This document shows positions 13,001-24,617 of a stretch of 64,000 nucleotides of DNA, piece by piece. The position numbers were made by a program, and so were the translations under genes. The stretch comes from Pocillopora damicornis (lineage: Eukaryota): assembly GCF_003704095.1 (NCBI RefSeq), contig NW_020846334.1, positions 310,001-374,000 on the forward strand, in the 5' to 3' direction. The notes below the pieces were generated by a model. The model worked only from the letters and a program-made list of their open reading frames with translations, made no database searches and was not told the origin of the DNA. The stretch's first letter is position 1; each line of letters opens with the position of its first letter.

Positions 13001-16000
13001 GCGGAGAACGGGGTAAGGATATTTTCCAACACGCTTTTGGGTCGAGATGGTTTAGCTGATAACAATCCTAGAAGATAAAATATAAGTTATGTTTTGCACT
13101 CAAAGAAGAGCAGGGTAAGATGATGGCTTACTAAAAGGCTTGAAAAGTAAAAATAAAAAGTGGGTTAAGTTTGTACTCGAGCCAGTTGGCCCATCTAGTT
13201 GTAACTTATCTCGGTTTCCATAGCATGAAGCGATCTAGAGTATTACCACTTCCCCTTGAATGAGATGCCAGTCCATCGCAAGGTTACCCCCAGCATTTCA
13301 TCAGGCTTCCCTGATAATCCGCTAGAACCCACTTATACTTCTGCTGGTAGAAGAAGCACTGTGAGAGTAGAAACTCTCGTCTAAAACCCAGACCCATCGA
13401 CCTGGAGTCCAGTGCACTGACCATCGAGTCAGCCGCCTTGAAAAGCGCGATGCAAAAGAAAATGGACGAGAAAATAATTTAATGTTAGTTTTAAGATCTT
13501 ATATAATATAAGATCTTAAAACAAACATTAAATACAGGACTTAGACAAATAAACCTTGAGAAGAAAGCAAGAAGAAGAAAACTACAAAAACAACAAATAA
13601 ATTTCTCACCACTGTCATTTCTGGGTTTGGTTTTAGGAGTTCTCCACGAGAAATCTGTCGAGGGTGTCTGAAACGTAGGACGGTTTGGGGCTGTGCAAAG
13701 GATAAGGAGAAAGGGGATTGTAAAAAAAAAAAGTGTATACATATATATATTTTAGTCATAACTGCACGCTAATTTCGTGTAAGATCGCGCGTTGGTTTGA
13801 CGTTTATCAGACCATATGAATTGCTGCATAAGTTGATGCTATATAAAACTATATATATTAAATATTATTATATTATTATCAGTTTGTCAGTGCACTGAAA
13901 CTTGAGTGTCTAGGACGAAACGTACCTAACAAACTTTGTTTAAATTTATCTAGTTTGAACGCTTTTCGATTGGGTGTTGTAAGACCGAGAGCGATGTCGT
14001 TACGGTGGCCAATCGGAACAAAGGGATATATTACAAGGAGCCAATGAAAACACAAGGGAAAAAAAGGCGCGGGAAAACGCGGACAACCAAGTCATTAGTA
14101 AAGGTCTTAAATCTGATTGGATAAGACGGTGTGCAAGTTCTCGGGGCCACTCACATGGTAAAGATATGATAAATGGTGGCAATCTAGGACTTTTATTTTT
14201 TACTTAACTGAAAACTAAACTGCTTCATAATTTGAGCGCTTTTCAATTGAGTGTTACAAAACCAAAACTAAAGGAATCACAACAGCCAATCATAGCAAGG
14301 AGAATGAAGTAGCCAATGACAACTCAAAGTAAAAACAAGCAAACTACCTGAAGCGCGGGAAAACGTGGGTGATCAAGTAGCGATTGGGTTTAGTTTGAAC
14401 CTGATTGGTTGAGAAAGTGGTGCGAGTTTCTGGACCAATCACAGGGCGAAATAAGCGAAACCAAAGCAATCCCCAATTACTTTCGTCGCTCATTTAAAAA
14501 TTTCTCTATCTTACTTGAATGGGTGGCGGCCTTCCTGGATAAACTGGTCAATGAAGTCTTTGAAGGTGCATTACCTGCAACTGAAAAAAGAGAAAAAATT
14601 ACGTATTTGAAAAGTTGGCAATGAGAAGCTCCAATGCAAGTTTAAACCGAAAAAATTGTGAAAATCTTGGCAAACCCAAACCCCGAAATGAATGGCAAGG
14701 AAAGTGGGCAACTTCCTAGGGCTTCATTTCTCCATGGGACAGTTTTTATTTCATCTTATTTTAATTAATTTTTTTTCCAAAGCAGGTTGAATTACCTGGT
14801 GTTGCTAACTCGATACAATCTTCATTTTCTTTGTCGTCATCAAAGAATTCGCCAGGTTCAGGAGTGAAACCAGGGTCACAAAATACGTCATCGTCCTGAG
14901 CTTCGATGATGTCATTATAATCATCATCATCATCATCATCCACAATAAACATGTTTAGACTGTAGCCAAAGAAATTGTCAATATGATCAACACTGTGCAG
15001 AAAACAAGGCTCTTATTGAGAGAGAGCACCAGTAAGTTGTTTGGTACAATGTCCTAATAAGCTTTTATACCCTAACATCAGTATACACATTCTCCACACT
15101 ATTCTCTATACATTTCATAAGGTGCTGACAAGGAGAATTTGGGTGAAAATCAAGTGATTCTTTGGTTGATGATCATTTCCTTTATTCTCATGACCTTAAT
15201 GTGTGGTTCAAGGGTGATCATGTAAGGAGAAATTAGATGCTGGTCACCCTTTGGGGTCAAAGGGTTAATCCTGTTAGTTGTGTTTTTCCAACTGGGTTAA
15301 GATAATGAATGTTTAATCATTTGACTCACAATATTTAAAATGTAAAAAATATTTAAATTTAAAATTAAAAAATTTAACTTTATAATTTATATAGCACTTA
15401 TTGCAAGCCTCTAAGTGCATTACAGTATTTAAACATAAAGTGCTTGAAAATCCCATCTGGCAGGAGGCAGACCAGTTGGCTATTTACAGACTGCAGCCAA
15501 GGAGTTGAACCCAAGGCGACAAATCCATTGAGTGGCAGGGTGGAGGACTTGAACCCAGGACCACCAGATTAACAATTCCAGCACCCTAACCCCTCAGCCA
15601 CTCTGCCTCCACTCAACATTTAGAGTCATGTTCAATTGTAGAGTTAGTCTATCAATTGAGGATTGCAAAGTTCTGATTTTTATTCTGTTAGTAGTTGTTA
15701 AGTTGAATGATAAAACATTGCACCAGGAGTGATCAACCATTGCTATAAATAGCATTGTATTATCCCATCTCATTGCCAGATGAGAGCAAGCAGTATACCA
15801 CCAAAACTTTGCAATATTCAATTTAAAATAATCCTACAGTTAATGGTAACTCTTGATCATGTGAAAAATGATCAAACAACTATTTATTGAGGTGTCTAAT
15901 TATACTCAATTTGGATGGTAAAATAAAATTACTTTCAAGTAAATTATGGTTTGAATTATATAAGTAATCATAAACTCAATGATTTACACATAAACATATT

Positions 16001-19000
16001 TTTATTACCTTGATTCTGGTTTTCTCTCTTTTGCAAACAATCCTGATTGTTTGGGAGTCCGGATATTCTGTAAAACTATATAAAAAAACATCATTTTTTA
16101 AATTAATTCGATGTGTCTCAAGATGGCATATCAAAGTATGCCTGGATCAGATTCAGTAACAATAAGAATTCTTAAAGTTAAATGAAAATTTTCTTACACT
16201 GTTCAAAGTCATCTACATCATCACTTTCACTTTTCTCTGGATTATACTTGTTCAACAGTCTTTCACTTAGGCTAAAAACATTCAACAAGTGAGAAATATC
16301 ATTTATTGTTAGTAATCCACTACCTTCATTTTTCCTCCAAAATGATAACTTGTTAATTGCCACTTTTTAAATGATTAGTAAACACACATACAAAAATTAA
16401 CAATCGTAACATGCAAGTTGTCAAGTTGTTTCTAATACCTAGCTTTAACAGGACTGGTTTCTTCAATACTGCAGTTAATGGTACCCATGCTAGGGAAAAA
16501 TAGTAAAAATGTCAGGTTATATATAGCAATGAAACTCAGGATAGAAAGTATTTTATTATTAACTCATAACTGAAGCATCAATGTCTGGGCTACGAACAGA
16601 GTAAGGTCATAAAAATTACTATATGTAATAACATGATTTCAAGTGCTTTTTCAAGACAGCAAAATTGTACAAGCATATAGGGCAAGTGCAATTTGTAATC
16701 TTTGAAAAATTACCAATACTAATTAACAACAATTTAATTGAGAAATCTTGTTATTACCATGCAATAATACACAAAAAAAAGCATCATCATCAGAAAGTCA
16801 AGACAGACAAAATTTTTATAATTTGCAATTTGTAATTTGCACCTGTGTTACAACTTTGCACTGGTGTTACAACTCTGTACTAGTGTTACATGAAAAAGGC
16901 ACTTGTTTCCAGCCAATCAGAAGTGCACAATTTTTCATGTACATTATTACAAAGTTTACATGATAGCTTTCCTGTTACAGAGACTATGTAGAATTATGAG
17001 AGTAAAAAAAGGCTGTGCAGAAGATTTATTTCACTTAACCTGGTTTTAGCTTTGATTGATTCTTTTGATACATACCTTTCCCCATCAAAGTCGTCATCAT
17101 CATCATCATCATCACTTTTTCTATCATAGTCACATGCAGAAGATATTGCTAAAACTTGCATTTCTTCACTATCCAGAAGATTCCTATCATCATCATCATT
17201 ACACTTATCATCATTGCTTTTGTTTAAACACGTGTGGTCTTTGTTGTCTTCCTGACTATCACTGTAGCTGTCAGTGTTGTTAAGGGAGCTGGATTCTTGA
17301 AGTTTGGAGAGCTCATGATCAACACCCTCGACAGGACTGTAAGATCTATTGTTACTTTCAGAGCTGTTATTAAAACTGCTGCAACCATTTCTGCAAAAGT
17401 GGGAAAAAAAGAAAAGCATCAAGAGAGTCACAATGTTGCAAGTCTTGTGATAAAATTGTGCTCATTGACCACTAACCTGAGTGTGGTCCTGCTTAAATCT
17501 ATTGACAAAGCACCTTGGCCTTCATCATCTGTCACAGAGTTTAACATTTCTGTTTTTCTTTTTTCTATGTTGTTGCATTGTACATCTTTATCGTCAACAT
17601 CATCATTATGCTCAATATCGTCAACATCAGTGTTACTTAGTCCATTGTGGACACTATTGTTGTCACAAGGCTCATTACTGCCACAATGGGAACCAGTTTC
17701 ATCAAGTCTGGACAACTCGCTGACTTTTGCAGGACTATCAGATAAACTGATATTTTCGGTGCTAACATAGCTGCAGTCATCCCTATTAAGACATAAAGAT
17801 ATTTTCTTTACAATGTAAATGGTCAGAAAAAGCTCATTCCTTGTAAAGAACTAACAGTGGGTTCCTCAAACCCTTGATGCAATTATAAAGAAGCCCATCT
17901 GGTATCTTCTTCTAGCAATTTTAATACATTATCTGGAAAATAGGTGGTGAGAAAAGGCAGTTGTAATGGCTGGAGGCAAAGGGTACATTTTTGATACAAA
18001 AACAAACATATACAATCTTAATATAGTCACAGTCACAGCAAACTCCCTTAACTTATTCACATGGTAGTGTCAAATACCTAGAGGGGAGAAATATCAATCC
18101 ATTATTCCTTGAGGTGATAAACTTGTTACTTTTTCTTATAATATCTTTGCATTATCCACATAACAGGTAATGAGAATTCTCAGACTTATCAGGTAGAAGT
18201 TGTTCTCTTAATCTGACACCAAATTCTGATAACTAATCACTTCTGGGAGTGAAAGGGGTTAATAAACTAACTATATGATATAATTACGATCACGGTCAAA
18301 TGCTTATAATAAAGATTAAAATTAATTACAGAATCAGTATGGAATTTCATCTTCACAAAATAAGCAAGAAAATTAATTTTTCTTGCCTTCATTTTACCTT
18401 GACTGGGACCTGATCAATTCCCTTGATAAGTTCCTGCTGCAACTGTCACTAACTTCCAAGGAATTATCTAAGAGAGATGAGCAGCCTTCCTCTACAATCA
18501 TGAGTGATTTTGCTTCTATAATGTCTTCGTAATCATCCTTCAGCTGATCACACCTTTCAGCATTGTCATCATCATCCAATGCATCATCACTACCATTTCT
18601 GTACTTGAACTCATCATCAGCATCATCATTGCTATTTGTCTTTCCATTAGAATCATTCACAGTGTTGCCTTCCTCTCTGTTGTTATAAAAACAAGAATCC
18701 TCAACTTTGAAGCCCTCAAGGCTTGCTGTTCCGTTTGCATTCTCCAACCCTTCTTGAATGCATTGTTCTGTCATGTCAAACCCAGAACTGTCCCTCTCAA
18801 AACTGTGTTCAAGTGTGCCACTCATTAGATCATTGTTTTCAGAAAAATACATTTTTTCGCAAAGCTGAGAATCAGTTGAGGATTCTTGATTTACATTTGA
18901 GGTATTTCCTACAGCATCGTCACAGATATTTACGTAATCACTGCAGTCGTCTGCATCGTTGGAATACATGATCACGCTTGAAGTATTGTCCTCCTCCTCA

Positions 19001-19530
19001 ATTTCTTTTCCGTGGTCAGAGATCAGACCAACTGATTCCGTCTTTGTAACAATTCCATCTCTGTCTCCATTTGATTGCGATAATTTGATCAGCTACGGAA
19101 CAATATGAAATCATCAGAATGGATTAGACACTCTCGCAAATATTATAACACGTACAGACCATGATAAGGTGAAAGAGGGATATGCTACAGTACCGTACTC
19201 GAAATAAGCGATCAAAATCGGGAATGCATTAATCTACACAGCTGATTTGATCACGAGCTAGGAAGAGTCTTCTTAAACAGCTAGACCTCATAAGACACTT
19301 TGTAGATCGAAAAGTGTCAACTAAAGGTTAAAAGATACAATGGGCGAGATACTAAAACAAACATTTGCCAGAGGAGCATTCAATACGAAAAACTGAAATC
19401 GATTACGATTATTTAAAAGCTAAATTACCTTTTCAATTTTCCCACGCAAACTAGGCTGATCAAACCATCCAAATTTTATGCCTATGTTTAAAAATCGTTC
19501 CTCTACCAGTTTCTTCGTATACACTTCCAT
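10042..19530 (-). CDS. GCNA: Germ cell nuclear acidic protein (GCNA/ACRC): acidic disordered N-terminus, SprT-like metalloprotease, Zn finger, HMG-box-like C-terminus; ~863 aa
   Basis: Phase-consistent exons: 19530-19429, 19092-18398, 17782-17477, 17390-17076, 16271-16198, 16075-16009, 14959-14796, 14580-14515, 13690-13610, 13067-12919, 12579-12509, 12250-12192, 11722-11626, 11503-11396, 11032-10973, 10219-10042 (2592 nt). Motifs: LFELYNRTVFDNQLP..ISWNSRMRSTAGFC, IELADKVIDSADRLRDTLIHELCHAAAW (HExxH), GHGPVW, RCHSY..YRCTKCG..GRHSKS..CAYC, FAMFVKENY. Long D/E-rich N-terminal region. Confidence 0.93.
13165..13430 (-). mobile_element. SINE-like repeat, same family as 59375-59665
   Basis: gatgccagtccatcgcaaggttacccc..gcactgtgagag..ggagtccagtgcactgacc. 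Confidence 0.55.
14235..14500. repeat. Dispersed CCAAT-rich repeat family (other copies ~11830-12100, 13960-14200, 44045-44150, 45625-45870)
   Basis: Shared aagcgcgggaaaacg..gattgg..tgcgag..ggaccaatcaca core. Confidence 0.7.
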
Positions 19531-19708
19531 GATTCAACTCGCGATCGATCTCTCAAATCTTACTGCGAAAGTCAGAGGAACTACATTCGAATTTTGGCGC
19601 TGAACTAATCGGTAAAGCTGAAGACAGAGAAGGCGAGGTTACAAAAGATTGAGAGATGTTGATTGGTTGGCTGTTGAGTAGCCAAGCCTCGAGAAAAGTC
19701 AAAACAAC
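19531..19708. promoter_or_regulatory. Bidirectional promoter between GCNA and COQ2
   Basis: Only 178 bp separate the divergent start codons. It contains GATTGG (CCAAT box), and AACATGGCGG (YY1-like) overlaps the COQ2 ATG. Confidence 0.7.
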
Positions 19709-22700
19709 ATGGCGGTCTTTACTGCCTCAGCAACCCTTCCAGTTTTCAGAACAAGTTTATTTATGTTTAAATGCGTTTGTAGAAAATCACCTTTAGCTGA
19801 TGAGGTGGTCCTTGCGCGCCACATATGCGGATCGACCATCAGGACTAGAACGACTTGGTTTGATCGTCAAAAAGGCTCTCAAAATTGCACCGCGCGACGC
19901 ACGAAAGTAGAATTTGCGCCTGGACCTAATACATTCCAAAGAACTCAATCGACGTTTACAGAAAACAACTCTTCTCCTAGCACCAGGTGTACCCCGGAGT
20001 TCATTAAATTGCCGTGGGGTGTCCAACTAGGGCACTTCCAAGCAAAAGGAAGCAGGTACTATCATTCTCGACGGCGGCTGAATACGGCTAACTTTGTGGA
20101 CAGTTGCCCTCCTGGCGCACAGCCGTATCTACGGTTGATTCGTCTCGATAAACCCATAGGAACATGGCTCTTGTACTTGCCATGCACATGGAGCATAGGG
20201 CTTGCAGCTCCCGCAGGCTCCTTACCAGATCTCAAATTGTTGACCCTTTTTGGAGTAGGGGCCTTGGTGATGAGAGGGGCGGGTTGCACCATCAATGACA
20301 TGTGGGATGTTGACTTTGATAAGAAGGTGAGCAGGTGGAACAACTCTAGGGGTTGCAAGGAGATTTTCAAAGGTTTGACCTGATCTCAAATTCACGTCAA
20401 CTCTTGTGATGGTCCTCAAAGTCTTAAAAGTAGTGCTGGTGCAATTTACTTTGGTTTTTGAAGCCTCAAGGAGTGAAAGTTCTGAAAGACTGGAATTTTT
20501 TTTCCAGCCCAGGATCTTGGTCGATAGTAGCTAGAATAGGTTAATGTAAGATTGTTAATGTGGAAATCTTTGTATAGGTCTGTGTGAATAGGGCACATGG
20601 AGTAAGCTGAGTTACAATAAGGTAATAATTATATGAAGGAGTTGTGTGACTAAAATTGTTAGGTCCCAGTCTAAGATTTTCAAACAGAGGTCTCAACATC
20701 TTGGGGAGACTGAGATTTTACCATTTACAGCTCCTGTGTCTGTAATGCTTGTGTCTCCCACAGGATGTCCTAAAAAAAATTCAGATAAAATCCTTAACCC
20801 TTTCACCCCCAAAAGTGTCTGGCTTATAATTTGTCCTTACAGTATCACTCTTGAATCAAATGTGAAGGTTNNNNNNNNNNNNNNNNNNNNNNNNNNNNNN
20901 NNNNNNNNNNNNNNNNNNNNNNNNNNNNNNNNNNNNNNNNNNNNNNNNNNNNNNNNNNNNNNNNNNNNNNAAATAAAAATTAGAACAATTCTCTCTGCTA
21001 AAGAATTTTGGTAATTCTGTCAACAGTAGTCCAAGTTTGGAAATATATGGTTGATTTCCATTTGAGGCCTAATTGTGAAGAGATGTGAGAAGGAGAGAAG
21101 GAGAGAAGGAGATGGTAATCAAGTTGTCTTCTCAGGGTTCATTCATTAACACCTGAGTACTATACCTCTCTTGATATGAAATAAATTTTATCCTGGGTGG
21201 ATGGTGTTTTTTTTTTTTTTTCCTGGCTGGCTGCTAAAAAATCAATAGAGAATACTGTGTCTTCTACAATGATCAGCAATTTTATTCCTAAATTCCATTC
21301 AATAATTATGGGTTAAAAAATTTCCTTCTGCCCATGATTTTAACATCTTAGGTCATCATAGTGTAAGGAACCAATGATCATTTTAGGACATCCATCACCT
21401 GGACAATTACACCACACAAATGAATGAAATCTGAACCCTTCAGCAATGTTTTATTGATATCTTTCACACAGGATAAGGATGATGATGTCTTAATTGGTGT
21501 CAAGTCCACAGCATTGCTATTTGGAGATCAAACAAAGCCTTGGCTAACAGGATTTAGTGTGGTTATGCTTAGCAGCCTCATTCTTGCTGGAATGAACAGT
21601 GATCAGGCTTGGCCATACTATCTGGGACTGGGCTGTGTTTCTTCCCATCTGGCATGGCAGGTAAGGGAAACACGATTAACCTAACCTGGGCAACCTGGGC
21701 TTAGTGTTAATTTTTAATTCAGTATAATAGCTTTGCAGAGGGATTTTCTTTCTGTATTTTTACCCATTGGTCTTGAGTCATATTAAGATCAGCCCCCCAA
21801 AAACCCTTAGCTTTTACACAGGCACATGTACATGAGAAATTAAAGCTAAGGTTAAATTTTAATCTCAGGTGAACCAAGGGCACAAGTGAATTCAAGAAGT
21901 GAATTCAAGAAGTGGCAATCATGTAGCCTGAGCAATTAAAAATGTGGTCCTGTGGTCTTGGTCTTATGTAGCGCACTCTATAAGTCCTTAGGGTACTTCT
22001 CCAACCAGGGCCCAGTTATTCAACGAGTGAATCAACCAAGGCCCAGTTATTCCAAGGGTGAATGATGCTATCCAATGGATACGTTGCTATCCAGCGGTTA
22101 AGTGTCAACAAGAGATGCCGCAATATCACTAGATAGAGATTTATCCAGTAGATACAGGGTTTGTATGGGTCCTGGAAAACCTAGAAAGTCCTGGAATTTT
22201 ACTTTGACATTTTCCAGGACTGGAAAGCCCTGGTAGAAGACTACAGGTCCTGAAATGCCTGGAAATCTGCTTAACTCGAGTAATAAAGTTTTTAGAATTT
22301 ACATTATAAGAAATGTATGAAGACTGTAAGGAGAATTGATTTTGAAATTTTGGGAATGAAAGGGTTCAAGGTAAAATTTGGAGTCCTGGAAAAGTCCTTG
22401 AAATTCATTTCTGAAAATGGGTATGAACCCTGTAGATAAGGCTATCCAGCTTTAAAAGAACTATAAGAGTGGATGATTAAAGGGTATGTATCAGGTATTA
22501 GGGAAGATAGGCATTTACAAGAGAGCAAGTTGCCGCAAATAGTCTCCACTGCCGGTTTTTTGTGCCTGGTTCACTGGATCATTATGAAGAACGAGGAACT
22601 CATTAGCCAACATATCTAGGGTGTCTTTTCAAAGCTTTGACACCTAAGAACAGTATTCCTTCACTTTACCCTAATCAAAGTACTGTTGATGGAAGTAACA

Positions 22701-22910
22701 CATCTTGAGCAAACTCAGACAGATTTTGTGAAAATTTTTTTTCAGATTAAGACTGTAAATCTCTCCAATTCTGCTGATTGCTTATCAAAGTTCAAGTCCA
22801 ATAAGTGGCTTGGGTTGATTTTGTTTGCTGGTGTTGTGGCTGGTACTATTGTCAAGAAAACAACAGAGAAAGAAGAAACTGAAGAGGCAAGAAACAAACC
22901 AAAGTTATAG
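19709..22910 (+). CDS. COQ2: 4-hydroxybenzoate polyprenyltransferase, mitochondrial (UbiA family); internal exons missing from the assembly
   Basis: Exon 19709-20326 ([25 protein letters not shown]...[19 protein letters not shown]|gt), exon 21472-21660 ([18 protein letters not shown]), exon 22746-22910 ([12 protein letters not shown]). The segment from V.RT..RP to YDTIYAHQ is not visible, and an N-gap lies at 20871-20970. Confidence 0.93.
20871..20970. other. Assembly gap (100 N) inside COQ2
   Basis: Run of N. Other gaps are at 30152-30161, 46434-46533 and 49821-49982. Confidence 0.99.
22155..22432. mobile_element. Non-autonomous DNA transposon with CAGGGTT termini and a 6-bp TSD, nested in another repeat
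   Basis: tagata|cagggtttgta...tatgaaccctg|tagata, with repeated internal cctggaaa motifs. Confidence 0.7.
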
Positions 22911-24617
22911 CTTTCTTAAAAAAGAAAAGTGGTGTTCACAGGGAACATGAAACACTAAATGTGTTTCCATAGGCACAATTACCAGCTTCTGCCTAGGTAA
23001 TGAATGTGCTCACCTCACCCTACCCCCTCCTCCACCACCTCTGAAGTTGCTTCAAGTTAGGAGGATTGAAGACCTGACCCAAGAAGGTGGCTGAACAATT
23101 CTTTCCATTTTTATGAATGGATGAAAGAAATTGAAGGAAAGAAGAAGTATTTTTAACTGATCTGTGCTAAGTGAAAGGTCAGATGTAGATAGCATGCCCA
23201 GATTTCAAGTGGTCATAGGAAACTAGGATTGCCAAGACATGCAAATAAAATTGTCCAGCTCAATAGTGTGATTCAGTTGTGACAAAAGCAAATCACTGCA
23301 TTTTTATGTGCAAATAATTTATTTTTCTTGCTTTTTTCCCTAACTGCTATGTGTATTCAAAAGCTGGGAAAAAATTACACTAGTCAGCAATGAAGCTATA
23401 AATGTTTATCCCCATAGTGAATTTTTAATAAATGTTTGGAAAAATAAGTTATTTTCAATATTGATACCAAGGAGCAAAGATGGTACCTTCACATCGGATG
23501 ATCAATAAGTGTCTGATTTTGAGTAGATCCAAATAGTGTATAACACTATTTCCAGTAAACTTAATTATGGTCTAAAGAAAAAATAGAATCTGAGAAGTTT
23601 ATACAATGTAGCAAGAAAACTTTGAGTGCAAAATGAAATGTCTTACCATGAAATAAAGTTTGACAATGTTCTTTCCCTTCTTATTTGATTTTTTAATGTC
23701 TGTTTCTTTAACAGAAAATCACAAAAATTACCTTCTGGCAGAAGTTTCAGTCACCTAAAACTGCAAATTTTTCCCTAATAAAGATAAAACTTGCCCACCC
23801 ACAGAGTAGAACTCCCACAAATGTTTTCTTGCTTCAGGTAGCATATTAGAGAAATAATTTTTTTTCTTAAACAAAACCTCAAGTGCCACAGTCTAAGAGT
23901 CAGGCTGCAAGTGTGTTCAAATTGTACCAACTATTTCTTTCATTGATCAACATTATATTGAAGCATATTCAATAACTATCTAAGATAATGATTATATTTA
24001 CTATGACTTCTACACTTTTATGGCTGGCTTCAACCTGATACTGAATTGCTTCACGAACGTGTGCTGTATGTCTAAATTCATATTATTTCATGAATGACAA
24101 CGGTAACCCTCAATTTCAGGTGATAGTTTAAGCTATTCCTTGCATTTTTTTTCTGCACAATTATGCTACATTTGCCATTGGGGTGTTTTTAATGTACAAC
24201 AATATGGAAGAAAAGTGAAAACTATCTCATTATCCATTTACAAATCTGCCTAACAGTAAAATTTAACATTGCGTGATGCATTGGCAAAAAAAGTATTAAA
24301 TATGAAGACATTATTTTGCTTTAAGTAATTATTTTAGCCAATCTTGCAATAAACTAGCTTGATTACATGTACAGATGCTTTAGGAAAGATAGGAAATGAA
24401 TCAGATAGGAATTTGGCAGTTGTAATAAATGCAAACCTATTAATCCTACTCAACCATTAATGACACCAATATTACCATTATTACAATATACTTATATTTC
24501 TGGAAAAAGTCCCTTTTTATCTATGATAGTCACAATGCCATTGCATTCATGTATAAAATAGGTAGAAATGTGAAAAATCTGTACAAGGAATTCTGTGCAT
24601 CTGTTAATATTACAAAA

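Noticed and set aside
17056-17770. Plus-strand ORFs, including a poly-His 75-aa ORF and a 178-aa ORF
   Set aside because: They are antisense shadows of the (GAT)n Asp-rich GCNA exons.
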